Under the pieces are notes generated by a model. The model was given only the letters and a program-made list of their open reading frames with translations, made no database searches and was not told the DNA's origin. A DNA stretch of 64,000 nt from Rhynchobatus australiae (lineage: Eukaryota): NCBI GenBank assembly GCA_034780895.1, contig JAUZTB010000001.1:109167453-109231452 (forward strand), written 5' to 3'. The first letter of the stretch is position 1. Every line of letters begins with the position of its first letter. Shown here piece after piece: positions 26,201 through 38,879 of the stretch. The position numbers were made by a program, and so were the translations under genes.

Positions 26201-28414
26201 TAATTTGATGTATTAAGTTATACGAACTGGTCAGTGAAGAATTTTAAGTGTTTGATAGAACCTGCAAACAGCAATTGCAACATTTTTGCTTTCCTCGATT
26301 GCCTCCTGGCTATTCAACTTTTACTCTGGATGGTAAAGTGTAATTACATCACATAAGCCAAAGAAAACTCCTCATTTCTGTGCAGCCTCAAAATTTCAAG
26401 ATATCCTGGATCACATAATCTTTGTGTAGAAATTCTGAAATGTTTTACAAAGGAGTGATTAAATAGGGTAAGATGCATTTCCCTTAATAACCAGGAAATA
26501 CCCAGCAGTAGAAAAATTACCCCAAATTGCATACAGTATGTGCATTGGAAGTGGACATTGAGGACTTCTGTTTTTTGAAGATCTTGATACAGATTGGTTG
26601 AAATGTTAGATAATAGTTAACTATGCATGAATCTAGTAAGAGTCAGGTTATTTCCAAATACATGAATTCTGCAGTCTTTAGGAACAAAGGAAATTGTTGC
26701 AGGGATGACCATGCCATGTGGCACATCTTCAATCTCATTAAAATAACCTTTTATGAACACTGGTACCCATATTGCAGTGCTATTCAAAAACAGAAACACT
26801 AGAAATCAGATTACATGAATTATACAATCCATACTACTGATTCACATAATGATGTGTTCCGCTCTTCCACATTTTCCCAACCATTCCAGTGTTCAGTCAT
26901 CAAGGTTACTAAAAATTCACGAATGCACAAATAATCATGAATATTCAGAGATGTGGCTAGTCTAAAAAAGTATATTTTGCCTGATATTCTGTATCTAAAA
27001 ATTCAGGCCTTCTAATTTAAGGCCTTTTCAATATCCACCAAGATTAGTTCAGGGATCTTCTCACAGCTTGGATATGGAGGATATCTTAGAGCTCCGGCTA
27101 TTTTCTGATGTCAGTCAGGTAGCAACCACAGGAAACTGAATAAAGATCAGCTTTTCTGGTCTATTCTGTTCTTGTTGCAGTTTATATTTTCCTATTATTC
27201 CTGAGAGTATTTACCCATATTTGGGTAGATGCCTTCAAATGTAGCAATTATTTGGTTTTTATCTTCCATCATTTTTATTTCACTTTTACTGTCTCAATAA
27301 AACCAGCTTCCAAAGCACCAATTATTTGGATTTCAAATCACACACAGTAGCCCTGGATGAGTTACACCCTGGTGATAAGGAATCATTTTCATCTAAACTA
27401 CTGGGCAATAATGATGATGTATGTTGAAAATTATGGCTCTCACCATTATTATTTTGGCAATGATCCTAACATAGATATTCTAAACAGCTGCAGGAACTCT
27501 CATTCAGAAGTTTGTGCAAATTAAGGCACTGTCACTTTAAGATGACCCTTTATAACTCTATTAAATTAACAGAATGCATATATGCATTCCCCATCTATTG
27601 ATATCTGCCAATGNNNNNNNNNNNNNNNNNNNNNNNNNNNNNNNNNNNNNNNNNNNNNNNNNNNNNNNNNNNNNNNNNNNNNNNNNNNNNNNNNNNNNNN
27701 NNNNNNNNNNNNNTCCCCATCTATTGATATCTGCCAATGGTTGGCATGGTTGGAGGCCATTTCAAAAACCTCAACAACCATGTTTCATTTTAATTTTGGG
27801 GTGACACTTCTACTTCCACTTCCACCTCCACCACCAGTCATCCTAAGGTCATCACCATAGCTCTACTCTAGAATTATTACCCCACCCCACTCTCTCAAAC
27901 ATTCTCATTTTACTTGTACTGGCTCATACTGCCAAAGCTCCCATCCCCTCTGGTGAGCTGTTCATGCATCTATCCACTTCCATAAGCCAAGCAACAGACT
28001 CTCTCTGCCCACATTCTACCTAATGAAATTGCCCACGTGTACTTCTACTCCCACATAGGAAAGTGGGAAATGTATCATATAGTCAGTAGTGTCTGCATTT
28101 TCATTCCTGATACCTCTCCAGTTCCTGCTGAAAAATGTGCATCTGGAAATCATAAAAACTTTGAGAAAATTTAAGAAAACAATATTTTATCATCATAAAG
28201 AGTTAAAGTCCATGTACCTGTGTAATGCAGGATGCTAAATTAATAACTTTACTGGCATGTATTTATTGGCTTCAACTCTTAATGATGAAAATGGTGGCAG
28301 AAGTATCAGACTCCTTTGGTTAAGGGGTTTGTATGAAGTCATCAGAATTGACGAGGGAGCCAGTCTCAAATTTTTATGCACAAGTCTGCTGAAATAGTTT
28401 CATTAGAAAAGCAA

Positions 28415-28560
28415 AACAACTGCAAATGCTGGAAATCTGAAATAAAAACAGAACATACTGGGCTTACTCAGCAGGTATCTGAAATGTTAATTGATTTTCT
28501 CTTAACAGATGCTGCCCAAACTTTTGAATATCCCCAGCATTTTCTGGTTTTAGTTTAGTA
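28415..28560. mobile_element. Old Penelope-derived hairpin element
   Basis: tgcaaatgctggaaatctgaaataaaaacagaa... followed by its inverted copy ...cagcattttctggttttagtttag. Confidence 0.6.
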
Positions 28561-31500
28561 TTTGTATTAGTTTGATAATAGCAAATCAATACACAGATAT
28601 CAACGATAGAGGGTGGCTTGACCATTTGCATCATCTGGGCCCAATCTCAGGACTTCGCATTCCATTTGTGCATCAAAATATTCAACCTCTTCTTTCTGAA
28701 TTTTACAAACATCTGAAATTCTAACCCCTGCTTTAGGGCAATTTTCTTATATCTTCTGGAGCTCGTTGTTGCTGGTATTAGTAGATTGAGCAAGCAAACA
28801 TATCTGAAAACACCAAGCAATCTTGGCATGCACTGAAGAAGATGTCTCTGTCACTGATTTATTCAAATTCAGGAATCATTCCTTCCTTGGCTTTTGCGTG
28901 AAGTGATTTCCAGTCTGTAANNNNNNNNNNNNNNNNNNNNNNNNNNNNNNNNNNNNNNNNNNNNNNNNNNNNNNNNNNNNNNNNNNNNNNNNNNNNNNNN
29001 NNNNNNNNNNNNNNNNNNNNNNNNNNNNNNNNNNNNNNNNNNNNNNNNNNNNNNNNNNNNNNNNNNNNNNNNNNNNNNNNNNNNNNNNNNNNNNNNNNNN
29101 NNNNNNNNNNNNNNNNNNNNNNNNNNNNNNNNNNNNNNNNNNNNNNNNNNNNNNNNNNNNNNNNNNNNNNNNNNNNNNNNNNNNNNNNNNNNNNNNNNNN
29201 NNNNNNNNNNNNNNNNNNNNNNNNNNNNNNNNNNNNNNNNNNNNNNNNNNNNNNNNNNNNNNNNNNNNNNNNNNNNNNNNNNNNNNNNNNNNNNNNNNNN
29301 NNNNNNNNNNNNNNNNNNNNNNNNNNNNNNNNNNNNNNNNNNNNNNNNNNNNNNNNNNNNNNNNNNNNNNNNNNNNNNNNNATGGAATTCTAACCAGTTT
29401 TTTTTTGACACAATAATTTGGACAAACTGAATTTAAAAAATGGGTTCACGAAACTGATGATACAAGCAAGTTCAACACTGAGCAACATCTTGTGATTTTT
29501 TTGCTTTTTTTCATTCCCTGTTGATTGATGGCAGCCACCTTTCATGTTTTGAAATGTGAAGTCAAATCAATTCCATAGGTACAAGTTTCAGCACTGGCTT
29601 AATCTCACAATAGTTTCTAGCTATAAGAAAGTTTACATTTTGTTTGGTGCTGTACTCAGACTAATAACTACAGGCTGTATAGAACTACAGGTACAAGAGT
29701 TTAATATCGCTGATATCATTTCACTAGGCTTGGGAAATCCAACCACTGAAGGAAGGCAAAAACAGCAAATAAATAATTTTCTAGAACTATCTGTGGGCTA
29801 GGAAAAACAACAGTGCTGCCTCTGGCCAGTCAATCTAGTCTGTATTATAGAACTTAGGGCTTCATGGACAAACAAATTCTGTAGGTAATGTATGAGGAGT
29901 TTCAACTGTCACCACTATGAAGAAGATGAATTCAGGGTAGAGTTGGAGGTGAATAATTATAAAAAGCTCCCAACTGGTCAATTGGATTCACATTGTATCT
30001 TCAAGATTTGNNNNNNNNNNNNNNNNNNNNNNNNNNNNNNNNNNNNNNNTAGGCGAATTTGAATTAAAACAACTGGTTCTAGCTGCACTCAGGAGATATA
30101 ACAATGACTGGTTGAACAGAAAACTCCTATTAAACTGCAACCAGTCTACACTTCTTCAGTAACATTCTTCCTATAACCATATTCAGAGAATGTGATCCTC
30201 AACAGTTGGTAAGATCTATTTCATGTGTGACACTGAAGTGATAAAATTGAACTCAAACTTCTTTAAAACACTCCTTTAATTAGACTTTCAAGATGCATCA
30301 TAACCAAATCTTTTAGCCATCATGTTGCAATTCACTGTGGTTACTTTGACGACATCTTCCAGTCCTGCAAGCTCTGTCATCAGGACGAGGGCAAAGAAAC
30401 TTGAAGAACTCATCCAAATATCCCCAATCTTTATCTTCAATGTAATTCAATATATTTTAAAATGTAATGGCAGTTAACTTCTTAAAAGTCTGCTTTGACA
30501 TATTAATCCAAGTTATAAATGAGAAGAAAACCCAAATTACTAAATTTGTGATTACTAGACTACTAAGTGAAAAGCAAACAGTAAAAAATATTGTCAGATG
30601 CAATAAAAAGTTTTTTCTGAAGGAAAATATCACCTTATGCATTATGGCAATTCTAAGATTCACAGAGTTGTTCTCCATCCTAATTTTTACATACTTAAAG
30701 GGTATATTATTTAATGACAACAGTTGTCACTGATCTGCAAATCTTATTTATATTTGAATAGCCAAACTCTGCCAATAAGTGCTTTGCTTGGCTTTAGGAA
30801 TATTTACATTATTTATATTATTGGAAAATTGGCATCAAAGGAAGATTATAAAAAAACTGCTGATAAAATTAGGTGACAAATAAATTGTAGGAAAAAGAGG
30901 AATCTACAATAGATATTGGTATGTTAGGAAAGCTATTTAGGATATTGATAAAGCAAGAACCAGCCTACTTTCAAATGTAGTGATACATTCAAGCAGTAAT
31001 CAGATTTGAAATCACAGGATATAGAGTGATGTAAACAAGGATAGCTCTCTATTGAAGCAACACCTGCATTTTCCCAGCAGGTAGCCACTCAACATAATTG
31101 GCTTGGAAACTGATCACCATAATATACAAAGTAGTGATTGGTTCCTCAATATGTGTATGTATTAAGATACAGTTGTTCAATATTGGGATAGAGCAAATGC
31201 AACATGAACATCGGGCAATCCAGGAGAGTTGGCCAACTCTCATTTGAGGCTACCTTGAGACAGATGACAAAGGATGACAGGCCATTTTTACAAATGTCCA
31301 TAAGTCGATTTTGTCCTAAGTCTAAAAATACACAACAATCACTCTATATGGTAACCATATCTCCACAGTATTGTAATGAATGGCATCAGAAGCACACAAG
31401 ACTGATCAGAAAGAACAATTACTAAAAATGAAGTAGAGTATTCTACTATTCTACAAATAGTAGAAGTAGTTCTGCCATTCATAGGAATGAATGTACATAC

Positions 31501-31805
31501 ATATGTCGAACTTTTGAATTTAATAATATTATGGGAGCTCATTAGTATGCAGAAGGGTCCATAAGTCGGGTAGTCTTAACCCAGGGATGGCCAGTATATC
31601 AATTCCATTCCAATCAACTCCTTGAGAGACACATCGAAACAACAAGCCATAACACACAGATGAAATCAAGATAAGGGAGATCAATTACTCTCAGGAGATG
31701 AGTAATGCACCAAGTGGCTGAGAACAGCCACTGATACAGAGAAACAATATTTGAATGGGCCTGTGCTTCCAACTCATGCATGCAACCAAGGGAGACTCCA
31801 GACTG

Positions 31806-32117
31806 CAGAAAAAAGTGCTGGAGGAACTCAGCAGGNNNNNNNNNNNNNNNNNNNNNNNNNNNNNNNNNNNNNNNNNNNNNNNNNNNNNNNNNNNNNNNNN
31901 NNNNNNNNNNNNNNNNNNNNNNNNNNNNNNNNNNNAGCAGGTCAGGCAGCATCTATGGAGGAAAATAAACAGTCGATGTTTCAGGCCAAGGCCCTTCATC
32001 AGGACCCAGCCCGAAACGTCAACCGTTTATTTCCCTCTATAGATGCTGCCTGACCTGCTGAGCTCCTCCAGCACTTTTCGTGCATTGCTCCAGATTTCAG
32101 CATCTGCAGAATTTCTT
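31806..32117. mobile_element. Penelope-derived hairpin element with a 14-bp flanking direct repeat
   Basis: Inverted arms aaaagtgctggaggaactcagcagg / cctgctgagctcctccagcactttt; GAGACTCCAGACTG at 31792-31805 and 32118-32131. Confidence 0.8.
31970..32005 (-). ncRNA. Minimal type I hammerhead ribozyme-like motif (PLE-associated, partly mutated)
   Basis: Minus strand reads GUC-CUGAUGA-AGGGCCUUGGCCU-GAAAC-AUC-GACUG: CUGANGA and GAAA cores, stem II and a GUC/GAC stem I. Confidence 0.55.
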
Positions 32118-32918
32118 GAGACTCCAGACTGACTATTTTGTCACCTAGCCACACAAAATGTGGTTATGTTGTATTCGATGACAGTCAATCACATGTCATG
32201 TATTGTCATTGTTTCTAAAAAGCATAAAGCTCAAGGAATTTAAATTTTGTAGAGATTTTTGCACCTAATCTCACTGCATATTCTCTTGTACTGCTTGTTA
32301 CATCTACGCTTGGGATTCTGAGTAGCTTTTCAACCACAAACACAGCCAATCTTGTGGCTAATGAAGTCAATGTACAGCAATGTGAAGCAATATATTTTGG
32401 AGCAAAGAACAAAAATATTCCACAGGGAAACAAAATGAAAAAGAAATGTAAATCAGTGAGAAAACCAGTTCAAACTCAGTGGCAACAACAGTATCACGGT
32501 TTTGATTTTTTTTAAGTGCCCCAAGATTAATTGAGGTACAAAAACGTTAAAGACTGGTCTTCTCAGAGACTTGGGTTCAAATGTTGGGAGGAAAATCTCA
32601 AGTCTATCCACTGTAAGAACACTCGATGAAATAAATTTGGGCAATCACAATGCAAGTTCTGGTGGGAATGAACCATAGCAGAAAACTTCTTTCAATTTCA
32701 CACAAAATGAGACCAATAGTAGGAAGCAATAAAATATCACACCAGTGTTTTTGGACAAGCAAATTTCTGGGAACACATAGAGGAAGCTCTGCAACAAATA
32801 GATATACTTGTACCAATCGTAAACATTTATCAGCATCTTTCACCAGCAACACAAAACACTTTCCCCAATAAAGCATCAAAACTACATTGCTCCAAGACAC
32901 AGATTGGTAGTTCCATAC

Positions 32919-33145
32919 CTGTTTGCTGTCAGGGAGTCGATTATTGAATATAAAGAAGTATGGTCCTTTGCTCTAACAATTGCTTCAAGATTTTCTTCAA
33001 TGAATTTCTTATTCATTTGCACCTCACGTAAGATTTGTTCAGCATCTTCAAACATTGATTTTGATGCTTTTATTGACTCAATCAGTGAAGGTTTCTTTGA
33101 ACAACCAGACTCTGTTCCTTTGGTAATGAGGGTAGGTTGCTTTAT
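32919..33145 (-). CDS. KIAA0586: TALPID3 internal coding exon (227 bp, phase 0 to 2), conserved coiled-coil region
   Basis: Acceptor ttttag|ATA and donor AG|gtatgg. Encodes IKQPTLITKG...SMFEDAEQILREVQMNKKFIEENLEAIVRAKDHTSLYSIIDSLTAN, matching recalled human [28 protein letters not shown]. Confidence 0.95.
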
Positions 33146-33867
33146 CTAAAATTGAAAATAATTTAGATTATGTTTTGGTGGACAAAAAAATGGAATTAGT
33201 AGTAAAAGCTGAAACTTATATATCTTAGGCCCGTTCAAAAATAAAATGCCAAATACATTTATACCTCTCTTAAATACTCAACATTTATGGACTTCTACTT
33301 TTATAAAGTTAACTAAGCCTAAAGAACAACCAAAGCACCTTTGCTTTCACTGATGGCATTAACAAGTATAAAACTGATGAAATATAAATGCCACTGTTAG
33401 TGATCTGCATGGTACAACTGTACTTTTCACTCTACCTAACAATATCAAAATGTCATTGGAAAATTCGATATTAATGATTTGAAATAAAAACAAATAATGA
33501 TAGAAATACTCAGGAGGTCAGGCAGGTCATGGAAAGAGAAACACAGTTAATATTTCAGGTCAGACCTTTTCCATTAAAGCCTGAAGGTGTGGAAAACAGC
33601 AAAATACAATCATAACAGAGGATACATAAGCTGACAGAATTAGCAAAATAATAGAAAGTGATAGAAGAATATGTATAAGTGTGAAATGACATGCATTCCC
33701 AGAAAGAATGTGGAGATATAATATGGATTTAAAAGAACAGTTCTGAAGGACATGCAAAAACAGAAGGCCCTGACTGTGTAAGTACATACATGTTTAAAAG
33801 TGGCATGACATGTTGAGAACACAGTTAGTAAAGTATGATTCTTATATGATAGAGAGAGAAATACAAA

Positions 33868-34076
33868 GGTGGGTTTCCTCCAGGTGCTCCGATTTCCTCC
33901 CACACCCCANNNNNNNNNNNNNNNNNNNNNNNNNNNNNNNNNNNNNNNNNNNNNNNNNNNNNNNNNNNNNNNNNNNNNNNNNNNNNNNNNNGGCTGCCCC
34001 CAGAACACTCTATGCAAAAGATGTATTTCACTGAGTGTTTCAATGTACATGTAACTAATAAAGAAATCTTATCTTA
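33868..34076 (+). mobile_element. tRNA-derived SINE body plus LINE-type tail (gapped)
   Basis: gtgggtttcctccaggtgctccgatttcctcccacac SINE core; tail tttcactgagtgtttcaatgtacatgtaactaataaa. Confidence 0.6.
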
Positions 34077-34089
34077 ATGTTCAATCTTT

Positions 34090-34460
34090 ATTAATCACTG
34101 GTTAGGCCACAACTAGATTATGATGTCCAATTCTGGTCAGCTTACTTTGGAAAGAATGCAAAGGTGACAGCACAGAAGATTTACATGAATGGTTCCAAGG
34201 ATGAAGGGTTTCGGCAAAAGGTTAGACTGGAAGAGGTTGGGATTGCACTCATTGCAGCAAAAATTGAGAGAGTATTTGATAGAGTACACAGGAATATGAA
34301 GGGTTTTGGACAGAGTCTAGGGCTTTCAAAAGGGAACTGAAAAAGCCCTCAAGGGAAAATATTCCATAGACATACAGGGAAAGAGCTGGGAATGAGATTG
34401 ACATAGACACAATGGTTCAAATAGTTTTCTTCTGTGCCGGAATGATTCTATTATTCTAAA
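34090..34460 (+). mobile_element. Old CR1 3' fragment
   Basis: LVRPQLDYDVQFWSAY motif and CR1-type tail. Confidence 0.65.
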
Positions 34461-35119
34461 TTCAGTCTCACCATTGGTTGGAATTCTAGAAGTAAGAAAG
34501 AACTTAGGCATTGCATTATAGATGCATAAAACTATACTTCAAACCTTTGATAAATGGTAAAAGATATGGAAGGTTATAATGAAATTCATTATGAATGGCT
34601 TTATTTCCCAAACAGTTGATAGAAAAGTAGTAGTAATCTCAAAATGAACATATTTGTTGTGAATTTTGATAAATGTTTACGTGCATTTAAATCCCCTTTC
34701 TCCAAGTAAAAAATGGCTTTAAAGAATTCACCAATTTCACCTAAATTTTCAATGAAATGCCACTGATATTTTTTCTCTCTCAAAGAAACAATTGAAGAGT
34801 TACAAAAGGAACTTCACAAATTGGTGACAACTGTGAATACAAAAGCAAAGGGTGAGTACTGAGCTAACAAAAGTCGAAAGTGATCCTAAATAATTGCATG
34901 GACCAATTTCTTAAATGCATATAATTTATTCGAAAAAACATGCTACTGAATATAACTATGACCTTTCAAAACAAATGACATATGATGTCATCAAAAATAT
35001 GTTATTTCTATATTTAAGGTGTCACCAACCCCCCCCCCCCATTTTAGGTCCAGTTGGTACACAGCTCTACTTGCATTGCTGCCAATAGCACATTTTCAGG
35101 TTTCAGCAGGAAACTATGT

Positions 35120-35850
35120 GGCACCATGGACACCTATACAGGAATGGGTCTAACATCTTTACGGGTGGTCTGCTGGTGCTGTTGGGGAGGGTTTAAACTA
35201 ATTTGGCAGGGAATTTGATACAGAGTAGATGTACAGTTGGTGGGGAGGTGGTGTCATATATAGAACAAAACCTGAGTCAGTTGGGCAGGCATAGCAGACT
35301 TGGATGTGATTAAAGTATGGAAGGCTGTATGGCATCTATTTTAATGCAAGGAGTGTGACTGTACGATGGATGAACCCATAGCACTGATATGCACAAGGAA
35401 ATATTATATTGTTGCTATCACAGAGACAAGGTTGAAAGAAGGGCAGGATTGGCAACTCAACATTCCAGGGTACAGAATTTCCAGGCGTGGCAGAGAGGGG
35501 TGTAAAAGGGGTGGTGTTGCAATATTGATCAGGGATTCCATTACTGCAGCTAGGAGGGTAGATGGAAGGAAACATTTTGCCATTGCATCAGTAACTAAAA
35601 CCAGTGGAGAGAGGTTTAGGTTAAGGGGTGAGAGGTTTAAAGGGGACCTAAGGAGAAATTTTGTTGGAATCTAGAACACACACTCTGAGGGGATGGTGGA
35701 GACAGAGACTCTCACATTTAAGAATCCAGCTGAGCACTTGAATCATCAAGACACTGACCAAGTAATGGCAAAAGAGATTAGTAAGGATGGTTGTCATGTA
35801 CATGGTGGGCTTAAGGCTTCCTTCTGTGCTGTATCACTATGAGTCTATGA
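35120..35850 (+). mobile_element. Internally deleted CR1 (ORF1 end and APE start fused to the 3' end)
   Basis: YFNARS, then YYIVAITETRLKEGQDWQLNIPGYRISRRGREGCKRGGVAILIR, running directly into RFRLRGERFKGDLRRNF and the 3' tail. Confidence 0.8.
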
Positions 35851-36129
35851 GCATGGCAACCATGTGCAATCTTGTCAATAAAAGCACATTTTAAAACCAG
35901 GTGAGAGAAATTATGAGCAGGAAACCTGGTTGATCCAGCCTTTGAAAAGATGCAACTGTAGACTTGATAAATTAATCAGACAAAAACAGCTATTGCTATA
36001 TTGTTTGTGAATAGGGAGGACTGCAGTTAGATCCTAGTAAAAGTAGGGAAGGAATTTGACAAGCTGCAGTAACAGCCCAAATCCTGGACTGTGGCTGTTT
36101 TCTTCAGTTCTTGATTCCAAATGTACAGC

Positions 36130-36250
36130 AATCCCCACTGGATAAAGTGGAATACGCTATTGAACCTGCAGAGATGGAAAGTGTAATAGGAAACATGAAA
36201 GGGAATAAGTCACCAGGCTTGGAACAGTATCTGATAGAATTCTACAAAAG
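36130..36250 (+). mobile_element. L1/Tx1-type ORF2 fragment
   Basis: AIEPAEMESVIGNMKGNKSPGLEQYLIEFYK resembles the I..mK.gKSPGPDG...EFYK motif. Confidence 0.55.
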
Positions 36251-36857
36251 CAGCCAATATTACTAAAAGCCTTTGCATGGATAAAAGAAGATGCCAAATT
36301 CTCCAATACAGGTCAGTAGGAGTCTTATTTCAATTTTGGCAAAGGATGATCTATACACTGTATGCTTGTCATAACTTGGCCCAGTGTGTAGTGTGCACAA
36401 ACTAGTCTGAGGCTGGCACCCGAAGTATAAAGGAGCCCTGAGAATAATGAAAGTCAACCAGACGGATATGCAGCACCCATGGGAAACAAACTGTTCTTGG
36501 CAAGGAGCTACAGTAGGAAAATAACACGACTAATCTTGATGGGGCACACTGGTAATTTTCTCTTATTTTTGTCATCTGAAACTAGATTGAGGTTTTAAAA
36601 AAATAGAGTTTAATGCAGAAGGATTTATACTTAACATTCTAAAAGAACAACCTTGCATAACTTGTAAGATCAAATGAGTGGCTTATACATATATGTCAGT
36701 GGTCAGCATTTCCTTTTGACCTTGTGTGCCCTGTGCACGTTATGGCTTTTCCTGACAAAAATCAGCACCACCTGCCTTTCCTCTACTCAAAGTTTCTTCT
36801 TTGCAAGGCAAGCATGAAAACAAATCTAGCTGTTGCGCTTCATGAGCTAAAATACTC

Positions 36858-37390
36858 TAGGGTTATACAGCATGTAACAGGACCCTCGGCCCAACTTGTC
36901 CATACTGACCAAGGTGTCTACCTGAGGTAGTCCTATTTGCCTACATTTGACCCATATCTTGCTAAACCTTTCCTATCCACGTATCTGTCCATGTCTTTTA
37001 AACATTGTAATTATACTCACCTCTATCACTCTCTCTGACAGCTTGTTCCATATACCTTTCATCCTCTGTGTGAAAAACTTGCCCCTCATGTCCCCTTTAA
37101 ATCTTTCCCTACTCACCTTAAACCTATGCCCTCCAGTTTTAAACTTCCCTACCCTAGGAAAAAGACTGTGACCATCCATCTGTCCTCTTCATGATTTTAT
37201 AAACCTCTATAAGGTCACCCCTCAGCTTCCTTTGCTCCAGCCTATCCAGTTTCTCCTTATAACCCAAGGCCTCCAGTCCCAGCAACCATCCTTGTGAATC
37301 TTTTCTGCACCCACTCTAGCTTATTTACATTTTTCCTATAGCAAGGCAATCAGAACTGCACACGATACTCCCAAGTGCGGTCTCACTGGA
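36858..37390 (-). mobile_element. CR1 LINE 3' end
   Basis: ORF DGHSLFPRVGKFKTGGHRFKVSRERFKGDMRGKFFTQR..WNKL. Confidence 0.9.
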
Positions 37391-38879
37391 TTGGTTAGGG
37401 CAATAAAATGCTTGGTACATAATTGGGCCTGCCAGGATACCTGGGTCCTGTTAAAAAGTGTGAGCGGATTAATATTGGGAAGATGAAGGAGCCTGGCATC
37501 TGCAGGGCTTTGGTACCCACCCTCTCCAACATGAAAGTGGCAGGAAACTGCATTAGCACATTTGTGGACCCTACTATAATGTAGTACTTGAAAGTCTACA
37601 TCTCATCTTCCACATTAGTATGAACAGAAACCACCCAATATCTGGGTGCTGCAGTGGAAGCTTTGACTTCTGTCCTGCAAGCTCTGATGGTACTCATGCA
37701 AGGTCTGATGATTGCTGTATAAGCTGTTGCAGATTCCAGAGATCAAAAAAGGCTTACAGGGTATCACAGCAATCTGGCCTCCAATAAATTATCAATGTCC
37801 CACCTTGGCTCTTAAGGAAAAGACTTTCTAGCTTCACTTCCTTTAGCACCAACATGCAGAAGAGTGTGTCATGCAGAGGTGTGGGAATTTAGAGGAAAAA
37901 ATGAATGGTACAAACCAAATGGGAACATAACTGGACAGAAGAGAATACGAGAATGGTTCATATTGAAGAAAACAGCCAATGAGTTGTGGACGTTACTTTA
38001 AGATGAAGGAAGTGCAGAAGGATAAACAGATAGAGGATGGGAGGGAGCATTGGGGATATCAGTGACAGCTGAAAGAGAAAGACAACAGGACCAGAAAAAG
38101 TTCAGAGAGGAAAACAATACCAGCTTTAATTGAGCAGTGGAGGTAAAATAAGGTTTTGGCTTGATAAAGGGAGAGGATACATAAATATCAGTTTAAATGT
38201 GGCAAGGAAATAGATGCAATTCAAGTTGGAGGGAAAGAAATATGCCAGGTTGTTTTGGGATATACTGATAGACTTGGAGGGCTATAAGATTGTCTCTGTG
38301 AAAAAGTGGAGAATTTAATGTGGAGAAGGTGGAGCAGTTCAGTGAATTGACTGGGTTCCATGTGGAAGATCAATGATCTCCTGAGTCTCTTGCAAATTCC
38401 AGTATTATCCTCATATTAATCATTCAATATAAAACTAATTTAAATGAATCAGAATGTAAATATTTTGAATTTTCCAAGGGAATGTCCCACAACATCCTTA
38501 AAAAAAATTCACAACCAGTTTTATGCCTTTAAAATCTATACTTCTCCCTTGAGCTTTCAAAAATTTTCCACCAGTTTCTAGGTATTTCTTTTAATTTTCT
38601 GACTGATTAAGTAGTGAAGGAAAAAGCAGTCAAGTCAGAATGGATGGTCTACTCATGTCTGACAAAACAGCTCAACACTCCCACATAATAAACAATCACA
38701 GACTCCACCGGGCTACTAATTACTGATAAATATAATCAGGATAGCCCTTACACACACATGTTCCAAATACCACTACCGGCCTTTGGTATGCTTTTGTGTA
38801 CGTGTTATGGAGACTGCCGTGTATAGTCCAACGAAATACCTTTGATTTGTAGGAATATAAGAATCTGACCTAATAGGTG

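Noticed and set aside
26344-26799. Two adjacent minus-strand ORFs with hydrophobic stretches
   Set aside because: Short, no recognisable family and no supported splice structure; consistent with chance ORFs in AT-rich DNA.
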